From positions 1-18,862 of the forward strand of contig NW_021824451.1 of assembly GCF_006345805.1 (NCBI RefSeq): a DNA stretch of 18,862 nucleotides, in the 5' to 3' direction. Below the pieces are notes generated by a model, which did not search any database, was not told where the DNA came from, and was given only the letters and a program-made list of their open reading frames with translations. Source of the stretch: Octopus sinensis. Its lineage: Eukaryota. How positions within the stretch are numbered: position 1 is the stretch's first letter; the number at the start of each line of letters is the position of its first letter. Positions 9,711-18,862 of this stretch are shown here, one piece after another. The position numbers and the translations under genes are program-made.

Positions 9711-9762
9711 AATTCTGTGCTGATGAAGGGAAATAACCCGGAAATTGCGATACATAGATATT
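9711..9762 (+). ncRNA. Candidate minimal type I hammerhead ribozyme, unrelated to the array motif
   Basis: AAT-TCTGTG-CTGATGA-AGGG-AAATAA-CCCG-GAAA-T-TGCG-A-TA^CATAGA-T-ATT. Stem I TCTGTG/CATAGA, stem II GGG/CCC and a short near-palindromic stem III are present, with an AUA triplet. The A-G pair at the base of stem II is non-canonical. Confidence 0.5.
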
Positions 9763-10127
9763 ATTTTGAGCTGAGTTGGAGTACTAGATTCCCTTATTCG
9801 AAAATACAAAGACACAGATCGTGTCGTATAGCCAGCTGGAGACGATGTCTCCTGGGGTTAAATTACAGCAGCATTCGTCCTAAACCAGGACTGCCATGTT
9901 ATGTTGGCAAACAATCTTTACTACAAAGTAATGTGGCTGAATATCTCACGTTGTAATTTTCTAAAAGAAATCCTGTTGAGCATTTCATCCAACCTACCAA
10001 CAATGCTTCCTGTTCGTCGCCTTCCTTTCGAATTAAGTTTTCACAATTCCAGTTTTGGAACCTACGTTATTACTGTGGAACACAAATGCGTTTTGGAAAT
10101 CGTTTATTTTTTTCTCATTTACATGCT

Positions 10128-10200
10128 CCGTTATTGGACAGCGGCCATGCTGGAGCAAAGTCTTGAAAGGTTTCAGTCGAACAAATCGACCCCAGTACTT
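10128..10200 (-). mobile_element. SINE 3' module fragment (shared with family A)
   Basis: GCGGCCATGCTGGAGCA…GTCGAACAAATCGACCCCAGTAC matches the family A 3' region. Confidence 0.7.
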
Positions 10201-10223
10201 TTGTTATTGCTATTATTATTGTC

Positions 10224-10348
10224 ATAATAATAATAATAGTAATAGTACTAATAATAATAATAATAATAATAATATAATAATAATAATAATAATAATAATA
10301 TAATATAATAATAATTATTATTATTATTATTATATTTATCTTACATCA

Positions 10349-10408
<60 letters not shown>

Positions 10409-10470
10409 CTAAGTATTATTACTACTATTATTATTATTATCATTTATTATTATTATTATTATTATTATTT
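10224..10470. repeat. (TAA)n switching to (TTA)n microsatellite
   Basis: Direct reading. Polarity switches near 10315. Confidence 0.95.
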
Positions 10471-10472
10471 AT

Positions 10473-10893
10473 GGCTAAGGCGGCGAACTGGCAGAAACGT
10501 TAGCACGCCGGGAGAAATGCTTAGCAGTATTTTGTGTGGCGTTACGTTCTGAGTTCAAATTCCGCCGAGGTCGACTTTACCTTTCACCCTTTCGGGGTTG
10601 ATAAAATAAGCACCAGTTACGCACTGGGGTCGATATAATCGACTTAATACGTTTGTCTGTCCTCGTTTGTCCTCTCTGTGTGTAGCCCCTTGTGGGTAGT
10701 AAAGAAATAGGTATTTCATCAGTCTCCACGTTCAGAGTTCAAATTCCGCCGAGGGTGGCTTTGCCTTTCTTACGTTCGACCTCGATAACATAAGTACCAG
10801 CTTTGCACTAGGGTCAATATAATCGACTTAACCCCCTCCTCCAAAATTGCTAGTCTTCAGCCAAAGTTTGAAACCACTATTATTATTACTATT
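10473..10893 (+). mobile_element. SINE family C composite: head plus central domain plus tail 1, then a second domain plus tail 2 and (ATT)n
   Basis: GGCGGCGAACTGGCAGAAACGTTAG head, B-box-like GAGTTCAAATTCC at ~10553 and ~10736, and the GAGGTCGACTTTACCTTTCACCCTTTCGGGGTTGATAAAATAAG domain. From memory this domain resembles the Meta-SINE central domain; unverified. Confidence 0.85.
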
Positions 10894-11264
10894 GGTGCTG
10901 TTTAGCCCTAGGCCAGTACTGATGCGGCAAGGCCAAAGATTAAAGATCTCAGGGCCATTAGTAAACAACCTGCCTTATGTTTTTCAGACCCACTGTAGCT
11001 AGGCTTGCATCATTCATTGTTTACTTTCTTTTAATCATGACGGGGGTGTGATTTGAGGAGAGATTTGGATGGTATTTCCAGAATTCGAATTAATTTAAGA
11101 AATATATAGATAGAGTCGGGGTTTTTTTAATGAAACCTGAGGCGTTTGAGACGGTTAAACGTTATTAAAGTCCTGTTTATAAACGTTATCAAATGTTTGG
11201 TTGTAACCAAACTTCAAAACAAATTTTTACTCGTAAACACAAATATGGAAGCCTCTGAGTGTGT

Positions 11265-11392
11265 GTATGTGTGTGTGTGTGTGTGTGGTGTGTGTGTGTG
11301 TGTGTGTGTGTGTGCATGTGTGTGTGTGTGTGTGTGTGTGTGTTTGTGTGTGTGTGTTTCTGTTTGTGCACATATATATGTTTGTGTATGTA

Positions 11393-11439
<47 letters not shown>

Positions 11440-11915
11440 CGTAGCTCTCTAATGTGCTGAATCTTCATCCTAAGTGTAGATTCCTTATGTGTATATAAAT
11501 ATACACTATCGTATAATATATACATATATATATATATATACACATATATGCATATATACATACATATGTATATATGATATATATAATGAAGGATATATAT
11601 ATGTAACATTTATGTATAATATACCATATTGTTATATGTATACGTATATGTGTGGTATGTGTATGTATATATATATATATATGTTTGTATTTAGGTATTT
11701 AACAGTTAGGTATGTAACAGTTATAGTATATCTTATAGTATATATCTATGTATGTATGTATGTATGTATATATATATATATAACACACACTATATTTATA
11801 TTTATAGTATTTAAGTTATATTTTTATACGAATATGTACGTGTGTGCAAAGCATATGTGTATGCTTGTGTGTATGTGTATATGTGTATGTGTATGCCCGT
11901 GGGTGTGTGTGTGTG
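11265..11915. repeat. Compound (GT)n/(TA)n/(TATG)n low-complexity tract
   Basis: Direct reading. Confidence 0.92.
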
Positions 11916-12157
11916 CAGTTTTACTCTTTACTCGGTCATCAGCAGACGAATATCGCAATTAAATTAAACTTCATTATTGCTAATTAGAAAATTATTACTG
12001 TATCATTTAATATTAATTTATAGGCGGCTGCAATATAGAATAACATGGCTGCAGCAAATGCTGGTTTCTTTATGTAACGAGAAATAAAATAACAATAAAT
12101 ATAATTACAACTGAACTAATTGCAGCGACCTAATTAATGAAGCCTGCGTGTGGTTGT

Positions 12158-12269
12158 TCATCATCACCATCGAAATCGTCACCAACACGTCGTCAACATC
12201 ATCGTCAACATCATCATCATCATCATCATCATCATCACCACCGCCATTACCATCATTGTCTTCGTCGTT

Positions 12270-12304
<35 letters not shown>

Positions 12305-12330
12305 TATCACCACCACTATCATCGTCGTTG

Positions 12331-12378
<48 letters not shown>

Positions 12379-12426
12379 CCACCATCATAACTATCATCAT
12401 CCTCGTCGTTGTCATCATCATCGTCG

Positions 12427-12458
<32 letters not shown>

Positions 12459-12735
12459 TCATCATCATCATCACCACCACCACCACCATAGTCGTCGTCA
12501 TCATCATCATCATCATCATCGTCATGATCATCATCACCATCATCATCCTCGTCGTTGTCATCATGATCATCATCATGATCATCATCATGATCATGATCAT
12601 CATCATCATCATCATCACCACCACCACCACCACCACCATCATCGTCGTCGTCATCATCATCATTATCATCGTCATCATCATCATCACCACCATCATCTTC
12701 GTCGTCGTCATCATCATCATCATCGTTTTTATCAT
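12158..12735. repeat. (CAT)n trinucleotide microsatellite with CAC/CGT variant blocks
   Basis: Direct reading. It explains the poly-H, poly-S, poly-I and poly-M ORFs. Confidence 0.95.
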
Positions 12736-12867
12736 CAAACCCTTAGACGTTACTGTCCGGTGTCCTAAGACTCAAAGAGCTTCTTACGCGGTTTCCATGG
12801 TGAATGAGTGACCCAGATCACAACACCTTACCTTGAAGTTTTCCATATTCTTCTTGAGACGATGGCA

Positions 12868-13140
12868 TTCTTTTACTCTTTTACTTCTTTCAGTCAGTTG
12901 ACTGCGGCCATGCTGGTGCACCGCCTTTAGTCGAACAAATCGACCCTAGAACTTACTCTTTGTAAGCCTAGTACTTATTCTATCGGTAACTTTTGCCGAA
13001 CCGCTAAGTTACGGGGACGTAAACACACCAGCATCGGTTGTCAAGCGATGTTGCGGGGACAAACACATACAAACACACTCACACAGACACACACACACAT
13101 AGCTTTGGTCAGCCCGAAAGGTATAGTAGAAGACACTTGC
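12868..13140 (-). mobile_element. SINE family A, 5'-truncated with an internal deletion
   Basis: Matches 15036-15365 from the (AAAGAGT)n tail to GTAGAAGACACTTGC. The tRNA head is absent. Confidence 0.9.
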
Positions 13141-13223
13141 TAGATCCGTGGGAGCAACACCCTAACCACTAGGCCACGCGCATTCGTATATAATGTAAGT
13201 AATGTACATGTTTATACGTATAT

Positions 13224-13590
13224 GTCTGTCTGTCTGTCTGTCTGTCTGTATGTATGTATGTATGTATGTATGTACGCATGCATGTATGTATGCACGTATG
13301 TATGTATGTATGTATGTATGTATGTATGTATGTATGTATGTATGTATGTGTGTATGTATGTATGTATGTATGTATGTATGTATGTATGTATGGATGGATG
13401 GATGGATGTATGTATGTTTGTATGTACGTACCCATGCATGTAAGTAAGCATGTATGTATGTATGCATGCATATATGTATGTTTATATGTACGTATGTATG
13501 TATGCATGCAGCATGTATGTATGCATATATGTATGTATATATATGTATATGTGTGCATGCATGTGTAGATGTGCATGTATGTGTGGATGT
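13224..13590. repeat. (TCTG)n-(TATG)n-(TGGA)n compound microsatellite
   Basis: Direct reading. Confidence 0.95.
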
Positions 13591-13819
13591 GTATGACATA
13601 ATTGACTCAGTTTATAGACAAATATGCCCATATTTACGTGTGTACATGCACCTTCTAATTAAAAAAATAATTAATTACACTTGAAACTTTAACGTTTTAA
13701 ATATGTTCACAGCTTCATAATGGTTCATAAATTGTAATTTCTTAATTATCCGTGACCTTTCCCCAGACTGGCGCTGAGGCAGTTGGTTCCATATACAAAT
13801 GCCCCACTAATTACGAGTA

Positions 13820-14137
13820 CGTGGAGGCGCAATGGCCCAGTGGTTAGAGCAGCGAACTCGCGGTCGGAGGATCGCGGTTTCGATTCCCAGACCGGGCGTT
13901 GTGTGTGTTTATTGAGCGAAAACACCTAAAAGCTCCACGAGGCTCCGGCAGGAGGTGCTGGCGACCCCTGTTGTACTCTTTCGTCCCGACTTTCTCTCAC
14001 TCTTTCTTCCTGTTTCTTGAGTAACGCTGCGATGAACTGGCGTCCTGTCCAGCTGGGGGGGGACACACATACGCCACAGAAACCGGGAAACCGGGCCCAT
14101 GAGCCTGGCTAGGCTTGAAAAGGGTGAAAGAAAGAAG
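13820..14137 (+). mobile_element. tRNA-derived SINE family D, tail type 1, with an 11-bp TSD
   Basis: A-box TGGCCCAGTGG and B-box GGTTTCGATTCC are present, with an (AAG)-rich tail. TSD AATTACGAGTA lies at 13809-13819 and 14138-14148. Confidence 0.92.
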
Positions 14138-14836
14138 AATTACGAGTATACTTCTAAAATAATGTACGAATGCATGTGTATGTATGTGTACGTTTCTTTG
14201 TCTGTCTGTCTGTATGTGTCTACGTACGAGCACGTAAATATGTGCGTACGCATCTCTGTATGTCACGTTACTCTTAGTTTGACTGGCAACTTGTTAAGTC
14301 GGTACAGCTATCGCATGGTCGAGCCGTTGGCGACTAAACTGGAGACCCTACCGACCCTGTTTAATAAGGAACGTTGGTTTTCGTTGGACAACGTGCAGAG
14401 GGGAAAATAAAGCCTTTGAGAGGACATATGGATTCGGTAGAGTCAACAGCTGGGAGAAGCGGGACCCTTGTTTTTGTTTACACATCTCGTTGGGAGAAGA
14501 AAAACACTGATATAACACCTGCGACTTAGCTTACCTCTCTATGTCCACTTCTTCCAGAGGACATAGAAATACCGGATGTAACACCACGAATCTAGCGGGA
14601 GTGTCCTACACTAAGATTCCTTTGAAGCAAATGTCAAGGATGAAATTCCGAAATAACATCCGCCTCATTGCGAAACCTGTGTTCTTGCTTCAAACTCTTC
14701 TCATAATCTTTTCCTTTTTCCTAAGAGGCAAAGTTCTTGGCTGAAGCTCCTAAAAGAAAGCAGACACAAAGAACTAGAAGAGTGGCTTTCAGGCGGTGCA
14801 GCACGACGGACTATGATTTGAATGCTCGGCTGCTTT

Positions 14837-14944
14837 CGAGGGTATAGTAGAAGACACTTGCCCAAGGTGCTACGCAGTAGGACTGAACCCAGAACCATGT
14901 GGTTGGTAAGCAAGCTACTTACCAAACAGCCACTCCTTGCGCCT
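14837..14944 (-). mobile_element. SINE family A, 5' fragment (tRNA head plus CORE-like start)
   Basis: Matches 15335-15444. Confidence 0.88.
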
Positions 14945-15035
14945 ATATAAAGGATAAATAACCTTAACTGAGTTTCAAACCTTATTGGGTTCTCACCAGA
15001 AGCTTCTACCTCATTCGGGCAATTATATTCTGGCA

Positions 15036-15444
15036 TTACTCTTTTACTCTTTTACTTGTTTCAGTCATTTGACTGCGGCCATGCTGGAGCACCGCCTTTA
15101 ATCGAGCAACTCGACCCTAGGACTTATTCTTTGTAAGCCCAGTACTCATTCTATCGGTCTGTTTTGCCGAACCGCTAAGTGACGGGGACATAAACACACC
15201 AGCATCGGTTGTCAAGCAATGCTAGGGGGACAAACACAGACACACAAACACACCCGCATATATATATATATACATATATACGACGGGCTTCTTTCAGTTT
15301 CCGTCTACTAAATCCACTCACAAGGCTTTGGTCGACCCGAGGCTATAGTAGAAGACACTTGCCCAAGGTGCCATGCAGTGGGACTGAACCCGGAACCATG
15401 TGGTTGATAAACAAGCTACTTACCACACAGCCACTCCTGCGCCT
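15036..15444 (-). mobile_element. Full-length tRNA-derived SINE family A (~410 bp)
   Basis: Minus strand: A-box TGGCTGTGTGG, B-box-like GGTTCAGTCCC, CORE-like GGCACCTTGGGCAAGTGTCTT, internal (TA)/(TG) tract, 3' hairpin CAGTCA-AA-TGACTG and (AAAGAGT)n tail. Confidence 0.93.
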
Positions 15445-16314
15445 ATATATTATATATTTCTTCCTATTTATATCATCAAATGAGGGAACTTTCGGTGCCA
15501 ATTTACATCTGTAGCGTCAGTCACTAAGCACTTCGAAACTTCCCGTAAAAACTTGACGAATAAAGCAAAGAAATTTCCAAAATATTGCAAGACTTTTGAC
15601 GCAACCCAATCTAACAAAACATTTAATCCTTATCCATTGTATACATAGATTGCATCGCGATTCTCAATCTCGGGTTGCATAAAAGTAATTAAAAATCCAT
15701 TTAAACAAACATGTTATAAATACAACTTACGCATAGCAACTCTCTTACTTAAAAATCAAAGCTTTATACAGGATGTAGGCAGGCTTTCTTTAACCTAAAC
15801 TGTTCCTAAAATTTTAATCAACATCATCAGTTTTTTTTTCTTCTCCCAGTTAAATATAGGTTAATTTAAATTTAATATATCTGAATTGGTCTTAATGAAT
15901 CTATGATTACTTACAGGGGCGAGACAATATTGTTGTGCAATTAAAACTATTGTATTTCAGTATGATGAAAATTAATTCCGAGTAATGCAAAACTGGAGTT
16001 AGTAATATTCTACAGGAGGAGAAAAGACTGATTTAATTCACACAGAAAACTGCTGTGATTAACTATAATTGAAAGATTTGCTTTTAAATATTATGAAACT
16101 AAACGATAATGTAATTATTTTTGAAATTAATCAGAGGAACCTAAAATCGCATATCAAACCCCTAAACAGAATAAAATAAAGAATACTAATATCAACAGAA
16201 TGGAGATTCTGGTTATTGTAATTAGAATTAATATATGTAATTGTTGAATGTTGCCCTAAGGAGGGGCTGTTAGGAATGAGAAACGGCTCAGGTAGTTGTA
16301 CGCCAAACTTTATA

Positions 16315-16487
16315 TATTTCTTATATATTTCACAAGGGGCTAAAAACAGAGGGGGACAAACAAGGACAGACAAAGGGATTAAGTCGATTACATCGACCCC
16401 AGTGCGTAACTGGTTCTTAATTTATCGACCCCCGAAAGGATGAGAGGTAAAGTCGACCTCGGCGGAATTTGAACTCGGAACGTAACA
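16315..16487 (-). mobile_element. 5'-truncated SINE family C with a perfect 17-bp TSD
   Basis: GTACGCCAAACTTTATA lies at 16298-16314 and 16488-16504. The body is the reverse complement of ~10545-10715. Confidence 0.93.
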
Positions 16488-16569
16488 GTACGCCAAACTT
16501 TATAAGCACCACAGCAATGTACAAAAGTGACTGGAAGCACTCTCTACGCAAGAACATATTCTTACTTTT

Positions 16570-16712
16570 TATAACCCTTTCTTACTATAGGCACAATGTC
16601 TGAAATTTTGGGGGACGGGGCCAGTTTATTAAATCAATCCCAGAGCTCTTCTGTTACTTATTTTATCGACATCGCAAGTACGACAGGCTTGGTCGACGTC
16701 GGCGGATTTTGC
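16570..16712 (-). mobile_element. Old diverged SINE family C-like fragment (tail type 2)
   Basis: TACTTATTTTATCGAC…GTCGACGTCGGCGGATTTTG and AAATTTTGGGGGA resemble the reverse complement of 10740-10878. Confidence 0.6.
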
Positions 16713-16747
16713 TATTTGTAATAACAGATGCTATTATAAAAGATAAT

Positions 16748-16929
16748 ATGAAGGATGCTGTGACAAGGGTCCTGGACACATTCCAAGGAACCTTCACGAA
16801 GTGGCTGGAACGCCACAAAGAGTACATTGAAGTCAGGGGATTCTATTTGGAAGATTAGTTTCCTACATCTTTGAAATTAATAAATGTTTATCTCGAAAAA
16901 GATCCAAAACCTCTCAAATACATCTTGTA
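16748..16929 (+). pseudogene. Mariner transposase C-terminal relic plus degenerate 3' end
   Basis: 16748-16858 translates as MKDAVTRVLDTFQGTFTKWLERHKEYIEVRGFYLED*, matching the mariner C-terminal pattern (W..R..KCI...G.Y.E). The segment ends …CATCTTG|TA at 16929. Confidence 0.65.
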
Positions 16930-16993
16930 TGTATGGCGGTTTCAAAAATTAACAGGTTGTTAAAAAAAAATAATAAAAATTTTATTCAAAATT

Positions 16994-17156
16994 AAGAAGT
17001 TTGCTTACCAACCACATGATTCTGGGTTCAGTCCCACTGCGTGGCACCTTGGGCAAGTGTCTTCTACTATAGCCTCGGGCCGACCAAAGCCTTGTGAGTG
17101 GATTTGGTCGACAGAAACTGAAAGAAGCCTATCGTATGTATATGTATATATATATA
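16994..17156 (+). mobile_element. SINE family A, partial (B-box, CORE-like region, TA tract)
   Basis: Reverse complement of ~15270-15420. Confidence 0.9.
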
Positions 17157-17264
17157 ACGATTTAAATATATTCTTTAACCATAAAACACAAACCTTTTGT
17201 AGTTTTCTACTCTATTTTCTCTTTTATACATCCAACCACGTGCTTTCACATACCAACTCTCTCA

Positions 17265-17483
17265 CCTCAGTTCACTCAGCTGTAGAAATGAGTTGCGACG
17301 TCACTGGTGCCAAGCTGTATCGACCTTTGTCTTTCCCTTGGATAACACTGGTGGCGTGGAGAGGGGAGGCTGGTATGCATGGGCGACTGCTGGTCTTCCA
17401 TAAACAACCTTGCCCAGACTTGTGCCTCAGAGGGTAACTTTCTAGGTGCAATCCCATGGTCATTCATGACCGAAGGGGGTCTT
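17265..17483 (+). mobile_element. SINE-like repeat family E, 3' part
   Basis: GC-richer module ending CATGACCGAAGGGGGTCTT plus (TA)n. A second, inverted copy follows. The family was not identified. Confidence 0.65.
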
Positions 17484-17560
17484 TTATATATATATATATA
17501 TATACAGAGTGAGAGACAGATAAACAGAGAGACAGACAGACAGAGATGTATGTATATAAG

Positions 17561-17678
17561 AAGACCTCCTTCGGTCATGAATGATCATGGGATTGCGCCT
17601 TGAAAGTTCCCCTCCGAGGCACAAGCCCAGGCAAGGTTGTTTATGGAAGACCAACAGTCGCCTGTGCATACCAACCTC
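17561..17678 (-). mobile_element. Inverted copy of the family E 3' end
   Basis: Reverse complement of 17366-17483 with 13 mismatches in 118 bp by manual alignment and no gaps. Confidence 0.9.
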
Positions 17679-17883
17679 TTGGCGTTAACCCTGAAATAGT
17701 TAAAGAACCTGAAACCACTGCCACAAAACAAACAAAACGGATCAAGCAGACTGCGAAAAAGAACTGGTGGAAACAAATTGAGGAGCGATGGAACCAGAAA
17801 CTTTTGCACGGACAATATATACTTCGAAGTCGAAATGCTGATGTACATCAAGCAACAACCCAACAGTGGCTGAGAAGTTCCGG

Positions 17884-18022
17884 GTGACCTTGCCTTTCAT
17901 CCTTTCGAGGTCGATTAAATAAGTACCAGTTATGCACTGGGTCGATGTAATCGACTTAACCCTTTTGTCTGTCCTTGTGTGTCCCCTCTAGGTTTAGCCC
18001 CCTGTGGACAATAAAGAAAAAA
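17884..18022 (+). mobile_element. 5'-truncated SINE family C
   Basis: GACCTTGCCTTTCATCCTTTCGAGGTCGATTAAATAAGTACCAG…TTAGCCCCCTGTGGACAATAAAGAAA matches 10570-10712. Confidence 0.88.
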
Positions 18023-18059
18023 ATATATTTAGTTATAGAGAGAATATGGAATATGACAG

Positions 18060-18441
18060 TGGAGGTGCAATGGCCCAGTGGTTAGGGCAGCGGACTCGCG
18101 GTCATAGGATCGCGGTTTCGATTCCCAGACCGGGCGTTGTGAGTGTTTATTGAGCGAAAACACCTAAAAGTTCCACGAGGCTCCGGCAGGGATGGTGGTG
18201 ATCCCTGCTGTACTCTTTCACCACAACTTTCTCTCACTCTTACTTCCTGTTTCTGTTGTACCTATATTTCAAGGGGCCGGCCTTGTCACTCTCTGTATCA
18301 CGCTGAATATCCCCGAGAACTACGTTAAGGGTACAGATGTCTGTGGAGTGCTCAGCCACTTACACGTTAATTTCATGAGCAGGCTGTTCCGTTGATCGGA
18401 TCAACCGGAACCATCGTCGTCGTAACCGACGGAGTGCTTCC
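18060..18441 (+). mobile_element. tRNA-derived SINE family D, tail type 2, with a 14-bp TSD
   Basis: Same head as 13820. TSD ATGGAATATGACAG lies at 18046-18059 and 18442-18455. Confidence 0.93.
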
Positions 18442-18862
18442 ATGGAATATGACAGGAAGAGTGGAACCAATTGCGACTGGAGCTCTTGGGTGGTAAATAA
18501 AAGCCTTCAGAAACCTTGACACCATTGGGATTTGTTCCAGAATTACAACTTTGCAAAAGACAACACTTTTGGAAACAGCAAGTGTCTTGCGGAAGAGTAC
18601 TTTTATCTGGGGTTACATAACATGATAGGGGTGGAGTCAGTTAAATGCCCCAGGGTTGACAAGATCATCGCTGTGCGCACATCAGCAATTTTCTTAGCAG
18701 AATGGGTGTTAGTTGATTACAATGTCCTCAGAACTTGTCTGGTATTTCACTCATTCGACCGCGGAAGGATGGAAGGCAAAGTGGAACTCTAATGAAAGTA
18801 CGAATTGAAGAGAAAGGCGGGTGGAGAGCAACGAAGCAGATAGCAAGGAAGAGGATGTGAAC

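Larger units (their letters stand above)
17679..18610 (+). pseudogene. Fragmented R4/Dong-like (RLE-endonuclease) non-LTR retrotransposon ORF, interrupted by two SINEs
   Basis: 17679-17885 reads …EERWNQKLLHGQYILRSRNADVHQATTQQWLRSSG. Joining 18035-18059 to 18456-18600 reads IERIWNMTGRVEPIATGALG / VNKSLQK / LDTIGICSRITTLQKTTLLETASVLRK with frameshifts. These match recalled R4/Dong motifs W..K.LHGQ, QWLRS, GALG and LQK..LLGTA..LRK. Confidence 0.75.

Noticed and set aside
11915-11950. Minus-strand CTGATGA followed by CCGAGT
   Set aside because: No GAAA or stem III follows.
12137-12811. 224-aa poly-His ORF suggestive of a cephalopod histidine-rich beak protein or metal-binding protein
   Set aside because: It is a pure (CAT)n tract that is also open in other frames and on the other strand, slips from His to Ile/Thr/Val midway, and lacks Gly-His-Gly-type motifs.
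12810-12870. Possible minus-strand exon ending CAAG|GTAAGG (HRLKKNMENFK)
   Set aside because: There is no pyrimidine-rich acceptor upstream (it abuts a purine-rich SINE tail) and the peptide is too short to recognise.
13821-13900. Functional tRNA gene (also at 18060)
   Set aside because: A and B boxes are present, but the acceptor and anticodon stems are poor and the sequence runs into a SINE body bounded by TSDs.
14420-14830. Unique-looking stretch with short open frames (…FLFPKRQSSWLKLLKESRHKELEEW…)
   Set aside because: It has multiple stops and no recognisable domain or splice structure. A BLASTx would be needed to assign it.
12862-15036. TGGCATT next to the tails of two family A SINEs (12863 and 15031)
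   Set aside because: It is only 7 bp in two copies, is absent at the third copy (8616) and has no matching TSD, so chance is likely.

Overview
AT-rich, microsatellite-dense eukaryotic non-coding DNA with no supportable host gene. The SINE families and repeat landscape look like a coleoid cephalopod, most likely Octopus; this is from recall, not a database search. Nearly all listed ORFs are microsatellite artefacts. The main result is a head-to-tail array of ~590-605 bp units (3045-5616, 4.3 copies) followed by an inverted partial copy (5620-5890). Each complete unit carries a minus-strand type I hammerhead ribozyme motif: stem I, CUGAAGA, a long stem II, GAAAC-GUAC-GUC, stem I'. It is intact in units 3 and 4. 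This architecture fits a Penelope-like element/retrozyme-type self-cleaving retroelement. A second, unrelated minimal hammerhead candidate lies at 9711-9762. The rest of the window holds about 15 tRNA-derived SINE copies or fragments with swapped modules (three with clear target-site duplications), two Tc1/mariner relics and an R4/Dong-like LINE relic whose frame can be rebuilt across a nested SINE. Several inverted-repeat structures could form dsRNA.
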